Of a DNA stretch of 33,948 nucleotides, positions 26,111 through 33,948 are shown one piece after another. The translations under genes and the position numbers were made by a program. Origin of the DNA: Candidatus Woesearchaeota archaeon (GTDB lineage: Archaea > Nanobdellota > Nanobdellia > SCGC-AAA011-G17 > GW2011-AR17); assembly GCA_964358335.1 (NCBI GenBank), contig CAYHOW010000002.1:1-33948 (forward strand), in the 5' to 3' direction. Numbering within the stretch: position 1 is the stretch's first letter; every line of letters begins with the position of its first letter. The notes under the pieces are model-generated. The model worked only from the letters and a program-made list of their open reading frames with translations, did no database searches and was not told the DNA's origin.

Positions 26111-27583
26111 ATGAAGCATTACCAAAAAATAATCATTCTTTCTTTCATTTTCCTTTTGACTTTGGGGTTCAGGCTGTTCTTCGTCTTCCAGACGCCTTAC
26201 TATAGCGGCGACAACGCGTACTACAACATAAGGCACACTGTGGAGATAAACAAGTTCTACCAGCCGATGCTTTATGATGACCTGAGCTATGGCGGCAGGT
26301 ACTCCGTTGTTTCGCCCCTCTACCATTACTTCCTGGCATTCTTCAACACATTGGTCCCCGACGGCTTGGCGTTCAAGATTATACCTGAGATACTTCTGGC
26401 CGGGCTTGTGTTCCTGATATATTTCATATCGAGGAGCATCACTGAGAACGAGACGGCTGCGTTGCTCAGCGCTTTCATCTCCGGCTTCCTTCCCATATTC
26501 ATCGGCGAGACCCTGAACAACATTTCTGTCTACTCTATAGTCTTGGTATTGCTGTTCTACTGCGTGTACTCGCTGCTGAACCTTAAGACCCACTCTACGG
26601 AATTCATAATACTGTCTTTCGTGCTGCAGATACTCCACCCTTTCGGTTTTGTCTTGGGCCTGGCCTTCCTGCTGTACCTGATACTCCTTAACATCGAGTC
26701 TATTAAGATAGGCAGGCAGACGCAGGAGGCGGTTGCGTTTTTCGTGTTCATAGGCATCTTGGTCAACCTGATACTTTTCAAGAAGGTGTTCTTGGCGTAC
26801 GGCCTGCAGTCGGTATGGCAGAACATACCCAAGGAGATGCTCGTCAATTATTTCCAGAACGTCGACGTGCTGAGCCTGCTGTACGGCGTGGGCTTCATAC
26901 CCCTCATATTCGGGATAATGGGCATTTCTGTCGGCGTGTTCAAGCAGAAGAACAACGCCATCTACCTGCTCAGCGCACTGATACTTACCTTGTTCATCCT
27001 TCTGTTCATGAGGCTTATCGGTTTTGCGGTAGGCATGATGTTCCTTGCCATATTCCTGACGATAATGTCTGCGCTGGCTTTCGATAGGGTCATAGCCTAT
27101 ATCAACATGACGAAGTTCAGCAGCTTCAAGAATGCCATCTTTGCCGGCTTGATAGTCCTGATAGCCTTGTCATTGATACTGCCTTCATACGGCCGCGCGA
27201 AGTCTGTCATAGCTGAGACCATCAGCCCTGACGAGGTCGCCGCGCTCCATTGGATACGCGGCAACACTGACGAGGACAGCACGGTGCTTGCAGGGATCAA
27301 CGAGGGCAACTACATAACCGCCATAGCCGGGCGCAAGAACGTAGCTGACGCCCAATTCCTGCTTGCGCCAGACAGGTACGCGGACGTCACGACGATGTTC
27401 ACTTCGGAATCCTTGGTAATTGCCTCCCAGCTTCTTGACGAGTACGATGTGGATTACATCTATTTGTCCCAGAGGGCGATGAAATTTTACAGGATTGACA
27501 ATTTGAAATACATAGGAGATGAGAACTGTTTTGAAAAGGTCTATAGTACAGAAAGGGCTGGCATTTACAAAGTCTTATGCTAG
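26111..27583 (+). CDS. Polytopic membrane protein, GT-C glycosyltransferase-like, with STT3-like C-terminal soluble domain
   Basis: Many TM helices; AYYNIR, YDDLSYGGR, WIRGNT...TVLA, YDVDYIYL. Confidence 0.7.
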   Translation: MKHYQKIIILSFIFLLTLGFRLFFVFQTPYYSGDNAYYNIRHTVEINKFYQPMLYDDLSYGGRYSVVSPLYHYFLAFFNTLVPDGLAFKIIPEILLAGLVFLIYFISRSITENETAALLSAFISGFLPIFIGETLNNISVYSIVLVLLFYCVYSLLNLKTHSTEFIILSFVLQILHPFGFVLGLAFLLYLILLNIESIKIGRQTQEAVAFFVFIGILVNLILFKKVFLAYGLQSVWQNIPKEMLVNYFQNVDVLSLLYGVGFIPLIFGIMGISVGVFKQKNNAIYLLSALILTLFILLFMRLIGFAVGMMFLAIFLTIMSALAFDRVIAYINMTKFSSFKNAIFAGLIVLIALSLILPSYGRAKSVIAETISPDEVAALHWIRGNTDEDSTVLAGINEGNYITAIAGRKNVADAQFLLAPDRYADVTTMFTSESLVIASQLLDEYDVDYIYLSQRAMKFYRIDNLKYIGDENCFEKVYSTERAGIYKVLC

Positions 27584-28985
27584 CGTATGGGTGTTCATGG
27601 CCTGCATCGCCGTCTTGTTACTTATACCTATGCTTAGGTCCCACACAGTCTCATTCATAGGCGAGGACTCTTACTTCAACATAAGGATGGCCGAAAGCCT
27701 TTCATCGTACGACCAGTTGAGTTATGGCGGCAGGGTATCTGCTTACAGCCTTGGCCTGCCTATGGTGCTTAGCCTGTCGCCCTTGCTGCTTGCGAGGTTC
27801 TTGCCTTTCATGCTCGGGCTGCTGAGCTTCATACTGTTCGGCCTGATCCTGGACTCTTACGATGTCAGGGAACGCAACCTGGGCCTGCTTCTGCTCGCCA
27901 TATCCCCTCCTTTCATTTACATATTCAGCACCATCAACAGCTACTTTGTCGCGGTGTTCCTTTCATTGCTGGGCGTGTTCCTGTTCAGCCGCAAGAGCAG
28001 GATGCTCGCTATGCTTTCGTTCCTGGCCTTCATCCTTGTTCCCGTGTTCAACCTTACGATAGCGCTGATATGCTCGGTCCTTGTCTTGTTCCTGGGCCTG
28101 TTCAAGCTGAAGGAGAGGAAGCCTTACTCATTGGCGGTGCTCATAGCTATGCTGCTCGCCTCGTTTGCGTATTACGGGTACATGTTCTATATTGCGGATG
28201 CGCCGATGAACCTGTTCTTTGAGGCTTCAGGTTCGGGCTTCAACTCTGCATTGATGATGATGTTCTCCGAGCTTGGCGGCAAGTTCGGGCTGGCTATTTT
28301 CAGCGTGATACTTTTCATGTTCGGCCTGGTCTACAGCTGGGACAGGAAGTACAGGGAGCTGTTCGTCTTCTTTTCCATACTGTTCTTGTCGGTCCTTGCG
28401 TTTTTCAGGGCGGAGCCTATAATCATCCTGAACTTCTTCATCTGCATTTTTGCGGCCAAGGGCCTGAGCTACCTTTACACAAAGGAATGGGAGAATGCCA
28501 GCTTGAGGCAGTTCACTATTATCGTTCTGGTCTGCGGCCTGCTGTTCTCATCCATATCTTTCGTGAAGGAGACTGCAAGGCAGGAGCCTACCGAAGGGAT
28601 GATGCAGGGCTTGGAGTTCCTGTCAAGGCTGGATCATGGCACCGTGTTTTCCGTCCCTGAGCGTGGCAAGCTGATAAACTATGCGGGCATGCCCAACGTC
28701 ATGGACACCAGTTACCTGTTCGCCCCGCAGCTTAGGCAGAGGTGGGCCGACACGCAGCTTCTGCTGAACACGCGTGACCTGAAAGTCGCATCCGACATAT
28801 TCGATAAATATAAGATAAGGTACATCTGGATAGATTCAGGGTTCAGGAATAAGGTCTGGACATACGATGAGGACGGCTTGCTGTTCATAATGAAGTACAA
28901 TCCTGGCATTGAGAGGGTATACAACCAGGGCGGCGTCGAGATTTGGGAAGTCTATCCGACCGTTAAGTTAAAAAAGCTTTCATAA
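27519..28985 (+). CDS. Polytopic membrane protein, paralog of 26111-27583 (start uncertain)
   Basis: SYFNIR, YDQLSYGGR, YKIRYIWI; many TM helices. Confidence 0.7.
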   Translation: MRTVLKRSIVQKGLAFTKSYASVWVFMACIAVLLLIPMLRSHTVSFIGEDSYFNIRMAESLSSYDQLSYGGRVSAYSLGLPMVLSLSPLLLARFLPFMLGLLSFILFGLILDSYDVRERNLGLLLLAISPPFIYIFSTINSYFVAVFLSLLGVFLFSRKSRMLAMLSFLAFILVPVFNLTIALICSVLVLFLGLFKLKERKPYSLAVLIAMLLASFAYYGYMFYIADAPMNLFFEASGSGFNSALMMMFSELGGKFGLAIFSVILFMFGLVYSWDRKYRELFVFFSILFLSVLAFFRAEPIIILNFFICIFAAKGLSYLYTKEWENASLRQFTIIVLVCGLLFSSISFVKETARQEPTEGMMQGLEFLSRLDHGTVFSVPERGKLINYAGMPNVMDTSYLFAPQLRQRWADTQLLLNTRDLKVASDIFDKYKIRYIWIDSGFRNKVWTYDEDGLLFIMKYNPGIERVYNQGGVEIWEVYPTVKLKKLS

Positions 28986-29004
28986 TTATCTATGGTGTGA
29001 AAAT

Positions 29005-30261
29005 ATGATTACATTAACCGGCATAATAGTTTGGATAGTTTTCTTGTTCTTTCTATACTTCATGGTTTTCTGGCTGCTTGTTTTCCTGGAAAAGCCTTTT
29101 GATGACGTAGAAGAGACTACTGAATATTTCCCATTGGTCACTGTAGCTATCCCTGCCTACAATGAGGAAGATAGCATTGCTGGGACTTTGGACTCAGTAC
29201 TTAAGCTGGATTATCCCTTGGACAAGCTAGAGATAATTGTAATCAATGACGGAAGCAAGGACCGGACAGAAGAGATAGTCAATAAAATAATTGCCGACAA
29301 CCCTTCTTTCAACATTAGGATGATAAACCAGGCAAATCATGGCAAGGGCGTTGCGATGAACAATGCCTTGGGACTGGCAAAAGGGGTATATTTCGTGCCT
29401 CTTGATGCAGACTCTTTCATCGATAGCGATGCGCTCAAGAAGATACTTCCGCGCTTCAAGAAAAGCGAGGACATAGCCGCAGTCCTGCCATTGATGAAAG
29501 TCAAGGACCCGCAGACCCTGCTGCAGAAAATACAGTGGGCTGAATACATGATAAACATATTCTATAAAAAGCTCATGAGCTCGTTGGACTGCGTCCAGGT
29601 TGCGCCCGGTCCTTTCAGCGTCTACAGGAAAGACATCCTTGTGAAGATAGGCGGGTTCCATCCGCATAATCTCACAGAAGACCTAGAGATAACGTTGAGG
29701 CTGCAGAAGCATCATTACAAGATTGTCCAAGTCACGAACACAGTAGTCTATACATTGGCGCCCAGGACATTCAAGCAGTTCTACAGGCAGAGAAATAGGT
29801 GGTATAAGGGCACATTGATCAATGCGTTCGCTTACAGGAAGATGGCATTCAACAAGGATTACGGCGATTTCGCGTACATCCAGATGCCGAGATTGCTGGT
29901 CGAAGGCATATTGGTCGTATCTTCGTTGGCTTTTGTGCTGTACACCGCTATTTTTAGGCCATTGTACCATAGAATATACAATTTATCCCTGATAAATTTC
30001 GACATCAGGCCGTTCCTGTTTGAATCATTGAAGAATTTGCGCCTGTTAGACTTAGATTTTATCAGCTACTTCTATACGTTTGTCGTAATGTCATTGGCGG
30101 GCTTCCTGTTATATTTCGCCCATAAGTATAACCATGAGAAGTTTACAAAGCTAAGCTTGGTTTCTATCCCTGCTTATTTATTCCTTTATTCATTCCTGGC
30201 CAGCTTCGTGCTGGTGGGAATATTTGTTGACTTATTAAGAGGTAAGGTGCAAAAATGGTAA
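29005..30261 (+). CDS. Processive GT2 glycosyltransferase (PgaC/cellulose-synthase-like)
   Basis: IPAYNEE, DGSKD, LDAD, TED, QRNRW (D,D,D,QxxRW); TM helices at both ends. Confidence 0.92.
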   Translation: MITLTGIIVWIVFLFFLYFMVFWLLVFLEKPFDDVEETTEYFPLVTVAIPAYNEEDSIAGTLDSVLKLDYPLDKLEIIVINDGSKDRTEEIVNKIIADNPSFNIRMINQANHGKGVAMNNALGLAKGVYFVPLDADSFIDSDALKKILPRFKKSEDIAAVLPLMKVKDPQTLLQKIQWAEYMINIFYKKLMSSLDCVQVAPGPFSVYRKDILVKIGGFHPHNLTEDLEITLRLQKHHYKIVQVTNTVVYTLAPRTFKQFYRQRNRWYKGTLINAFAYRKMAFNKDYGDFAYIQMPRLLVEGILVVSSLAFVLYTAIFRPLYHRIYNLSLINFDIRPFLFESLKNLRLLDLDFISYFYTFVVMSLAGFLLYFAHKYNHEKFTKLSLVSIPAYLFLYSFLASFVLVGIFVDLLRGKVQKW

Positions 30262-30953
30262 GAGAAAAAATAAACAGGTCTAGGTATATATTGGCGTTAT
30301 TCATAACGGCATTGGTCTTTGTTTCCGGGGTCTTCCTTACATTCCTGCTGAATAATGAGAGGGCGGATTTCATTTCGCAGGAGAGCAGAGTGCAGAACCT
30401 TAACTTCGATAGCCTGCAGATGCAATACTTATACATGGACATGGTCAAGAGCGAAGGCAACTGCGAAGCGGCTACCGCCACGTTGGAGAAGAATATAATC
30501 GAATTGGACAAGATGAGGGAGAGGCTGGAGAAATATAATGAAGCCACTTATAGCGGAAATAATGAAGAGTTCAACCTGCTAAGGAGAGAGTACACCTTGG
30601 CGGAATTGAGGTACTGGATGTTTGTCAAACAGGCTAAGGAGATATGCCCGATGGACGCCGTTACCTTGCTATACTTTTATGGTGCGGGCTGCGAAAGCTG
30701 CGGCGCGCAAGGCACCATATTGACCCATCTTAAGAGCAAGTTTGAGAATAAGCTGCTGGTATTTGCATTGGACGCTGATTTCAAGGATGAGGCGATGATA
30801 GACATCTTGAAGGCTTCATATGAGATAAAGGTGGTCCCCACGCTTATCATCGAGGACAAAAAATATGAGGATATGCAGACCGAAGGCCAGATACTTAAAG
30901 TGATCTGCAGCTATTACAAGCAGCCAACCCCTGAATGCGAGGGCTATAGCTGA
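30255..30953 (+). CDS. Membrane-anchored protein with thioredoxin-like domain
   Basis: N-terminal TM, YFY...CESC, VPTLII (cis-Pro motif). Confidence 0.75.
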   Translation: MVREKINRSRYILALFITALVFVSGVFLTFLLNNERADFISQESRVQNLNFDSLQMQYLYMDMVKSEGNCEAATATLEKNIIELDKMRERLEKYNEATYSGNNEEFNLLRREYTLAELRYWMFVKQAKEICPMDAVTLLYFYGAGCESCGAQGTILTHLKSKFENKLLVFALDADFKDEAMIDILKASYEIKVVPTLIIEDKKYEDMQTEGQILKVICSYYKQPTPECEGYS

Positions 30954-32287
30954 TTGTTCTTGAATATGTAATATCTGCAATTTCCTTTTTCTTCATAGAA
31001 TTCTTTCTTGAATTTCTCTTCTGATTTCAATATCAGCTTTTCGCGTTCGGTTTCGCATGTCCCGTCCCATGGGGGGCATAGCATGCCGCCTTGGCACGTG
31101 TCTATGAATACATATTCTATTCTGGAATAATTCGCGTCGATGTATCCTGTCCAGTACTTCGCCAAATCAGAGCCGAAGACCATGTAATACATCGGCGTCG
31201 TCAGGTTGGATGAATATATGCTTATGTAAGGGTGCGATACCAGCACTTCCCCATTGACCTCTTTCCCCTCTAGGTATTTGAAGAAAGCATCATTGCCTTC
31301 GTAGGCATTAGGGAACGCGGGAAGATTGACGGACAGCAGGGCTATGGATATTATGAGGACGATATATACAATGAACCTCTGCCTGAACACCTTTCTTATG
31401 CCGAAGGCCGCAAGCAGCGCAAGGTAAGGCAAGAAAATTATCATGAACCTCGGCTCCTTGTGCACTGTGGCCGAAAAATAGGCAAGGAAAATTATCGCTA
31501 ACAGGGGCACAAGCCTCTCTCCTTTCTTCAGTATAATGGATATGCCTATCAGGGCGAAGATGTAAAGGAAATTCTGCTTGGCAATCTCCCACATATAGAA
31601 CCACCATGGCTGAGCGAATATCCAGATGCCTGCGTATTTGATTATGTAGTTGCCGTCAATGATAGGTTTCAGGAAAGAGCCGTACATGGCATAGTTTGAA
31701 ATGAGATATGCGGATGTCAATGATAGGAAAGCCAAGCATAATTTCGCGCATTTCCTTATCCTTGTGAGAGAGCACAGCCCCAGGACGAATATCACTATGC
31801 CTTGCGGGAATTTTGTCAGGAATGCCAACGACGCCAATATGCCTGAAGCTATCATGCTCCTGCCCATGAAATAGTATACTGCCAGAAGCGCGAACAGCGT
31901 CGAAGGTATCTCTGAGTAATGGTGGAACGAGAACTCAAAGAACACGGGGGTGAAGCACAGTATGGTCGCTGCTATCAGCCCCTCCTCTTCCCCTCGGTAC
32001 TTCTTTCCTATGAGGTAAGTGACATAGACAGCGGCCAGGCTGAATATTATTTCCAATATCCTCCCTATTAGTATTGGGTCGAGGCCAACTCTCCATATTG
32101 AGCCGAGGATCAATGGCATCACCATGGGGCGTAACGGCTCCCATATGCCCAGCTGTCCCCACGTGAAAATGTACTTGCCCATGCCTATATATATGGAAGC
32201 GTCCCACCATACAGGGTTAGGCTTGAATAGGAACAGCAGCCTGGCGATTAGCCCTGCAAAAATCAATATCCATATTCTGTTTTTCAT
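30944..32287 (-). CDS. GT-C (PMT_2/GT39-like) membrane glycosyltransferase
   Basis: WWDASIY, EPLRP, YSEIP, AFLTKFP, HKEPRF; many TM helices. Confidence 0.82.
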   Translation of the reverse strand: MKNRIWILIFAGLIARLLFLFKPNPVWWDASIYIGMGKYIFTWGQLGIWEPLRPMVMPLILGSIWRVGLDPILIGRILEIIFSLAAVYVTYLIGKKYRGEEEGLIAATILCFTPVFFEFSFHHYSEIPSTLFALLAVYYFMGRSMIASGILASLAFLTKFPQGIVIFVLGLCSLTRIRKCAKLCLAFLSLTSAYLISNYAMYGSFLKPIIDGNYIIKYAGIWIFAQPWWFYMWEIAKQNFLYIFALIGISIILKKGERLVPLLAIIFLAYFSATVHKEPRFMIIFLPYLALLAAFGIRKVFRQRFIVYIVLIISIALLSVNLPAFPNAYEGNDAFFKYLEGKEVNGEVLVSHPYISIYSSNLTTPMYYMVFGSDLAKYWTGYIDANYSRIEYVFIDTCQGGMLCPPWDGTCETEREKLILKSEEKFKKEFYEEKGNCRYYIFKNNQL

Positions 32288-33813
32288 AATATCACTGGAT
32301 TCACATCATCGAACGAAGTCTGGGCGATGAATTCCCTTGCCAGGATGTATCCGTAAGGGTAAGGTTCAGAATGGAACAGTATTGCCTTGTGGTTTATATC
32401 TTTTTGTAGCCAGAGCTTGACGTTAAGGTAATCGTTCTCATTGAATATCCTCACTCCTATGATGTTTGCATCGACTTCTTCAGCCTTGTCGATGACTGCT
32501 CTTTGCTGGTTGAAGTCCGTGATGTTTACTATGTGCAGGTTAAGCTTTATGTTAGCGCTTCTTTCCAGCTCCTTGAAGTACCTTGTAGGCGTATCATAAT
32601 ATCCGACGCCGTACTTTTTTGAATCCACGTCGCTCGCGACTATGGGCTCGCCTATTTTTATTTCTGTCGGCCTGTTGCCTATTATTATCTTGCCGTCGGT
32701 CTTCTCGAACGGCGCTGAGCCTAAGACGTTAGCTCCTGATCCGATAAGCAAAGGCACGTACCTGTCTGTGTTGCATATTACCTTTATCCCCCTGTCGCTG
32801 AGGTATTTTGCCGCCTTTGCCTTTTCTGGATGGTCGCAGCTGCCGATGGCTACTGTGGCCTTGTTCCTTATCGCCTGCTCGACAATCATGTTGATGCCGT
32901 GCGTGTCTATGGCCATTGCCAGGTTGTCTCCGAACGGCCTGGTGGTTGGATAATTAACTTTGTCTTCCGGGACTTCGAACATGAACACTCCGTTCTCGTT
33001 TGGCGCATACCACTTCCCGTCCTTTTTGGCGAGTATGGTTCCGGTCGCCACGACATGCTTTAATCCGGTGACGCTTTTCATCTCTTTTATTCTTGCCCCC
33101 TCGTGCCATCCTATCTCCGGCATGAGGTCCTCTTTTTTGTAGCTCAGGCTTTCGGAGAACAGGCTTAGCAGGCTGTCGCTTTCAGGGTTCTGTATCTGGT
33201 ACGATAGCCAGTCCCTTGTGACCCTGTCTGCCTGGGAGACTAAAACATCATCTTTCGACAGCAGGATGTCTGACTCGCCTATTTTTATGGATTTGGGATT
33301 TTCAGTTTTTATCAGGCTGGGCTGCAGTGGCTCAGTATCGAACGCCAGCTGTGGCTCATTGCCCAGGGCCAGGTCCTTGTTGAGCTTGTACCTGAACTCG
33401 TTATTAAGGATTTTCCAGTGCCATGCCGCCTTGGCATGATAGTACTTGCTGCCGAGGAGGCTTGCGAGCGTCTCGTACAGGAGGGCGCGCTCTTCCCTGC
33501 TCCCTTTCTCCTCGTTCATCTCTTCGCTTTTGGAGAAATAGTCGCTTGCCACATCGACGAACCTGGGCTCGCCTGTTATCCTGCCGAGTATAAGGAAGTT
33601 CTCTCCCTTTATTCTCTTGTCGTCCGATTTTTTGAAATTGTTGTAGAGGCCGTTGGCCAGCGTTTCCTTGTCGATTCCAGAATTCTCCATTATGCTTTGG
33701 AAATCGTAGCTTCCGGAATATGGGTCTATAGTGGTGGGCGTGCATCCGGTGATTGATGCGAGCAATATGGCTAGAGCAGCCATCCTTATCCAAAAATCAT
33801 ATTTTTTAGCCAT
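32284..33813 (-). CDS. Putative lipoprotein, unknown function
   Basis: Signal peptide with ITGC lipobox; DTHG..M and GSCDHP.K motifs. Confidence 0.75.
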   Translation of the reverse strand: MAKKYDFWIRMAALAILLASITGCTPTTIDPYSGSYDFQSIMENSGIDKETLANGLYNNFKKSDDKRIKGENFLILGRITGEPRFVDVASDYFSKSEEMNEEKGSREERALLYETLASLLGSKYYHAKAAWHWKILNNEFRYKLNKDLALGNEPQLAFDTEPLQPSLIKTENPKSIKIGESDILLSKDDVLVSQADRVTRDWLSYQIQNPESDSLLSLFSESLSYKKEDLMPEIGWHEGARIKEMKSVTGLKHVVATGTILAKKDGKWYAPNENGVFMFEVPEDKVNYPTTRPFGDNLAMAIDTHGINMIVEQAIRNKATVAIGSCDHPEKAKAAKYLSDRGIKVICNTDRYVPLLIGSGANVLGSAPFEKTDGKIIIGNRPTEIKIGEPIVASDVDSKKYGVGYYDTPTRYFKELERSANIKLNLHIVNITDFNQQRAVIDKAEEVDANIIGVRIFNENDYLNVKLWLQKDINHKAILFHSEPYPYGYILAREFIAQTSFDDVNPVIL

Positions 33814-33948
33814 AACCCTTATAAATAAAAATGAATTCAGTATAAAACATTTATGGTTGGGCGGATGGTGCTCAGCCTGAATAGGTCACTCAGTTTTAAC
33901 CAAAAACCAAGAAGTCTAGATCCTGAACTCTCGCAAGAGTTAGGGTAT

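Noticed and set aside
1-33948. tRNA/rRNA genes, integrase, transposase, reverse transcriptase (DGR) or stop-codon reassignment
   Set aside because: None recognised by eye; genes end normally at TAA, TAG and TGA

Overview
Archaeal genomic fragment, probably DPANN (Woesearchaeota/Pacearchaeota-like). This is inferred from aRF1, archaeal-type ValRS, ScpB and TATA-type promoters. Left half (1-17600) is a more AT-rich defence island built around an EcoEI-like type I restriction-modification system (hsdR ... hsdS ... hsdM) with many inserted cargo genes: DUF1016/YhcG, a Schlafen/AlbA-HATPase-HTH protein, a GHKL ATPase-nuclease, Bro-N proteins, an MNT-HEPN pair and a pRiA4b ORF3 protein. Right half is mostly housekeeping: valS, aRF1 with a mini-intein inserted directly after the GGQ motif, scpB and a membrane glycosylation cluster, plus two small accessory inserts. 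Three signals lie outside the ORF track. (i) Cargo genes in the R-M locus are separated by short chimeric spacers that join the start of the downstream hsd gene to the end of the upstream hsd gene, suggesting a tandem cassette array. (ii) Several genes are collapsed to their two ends or fused as fragments. (iii) The DUF1016 and Bro-N coding sequences contain 25-27 bp palindromes whose cores differ between copies while staying symmetric. All alignments were done by eye and no database searches were run.
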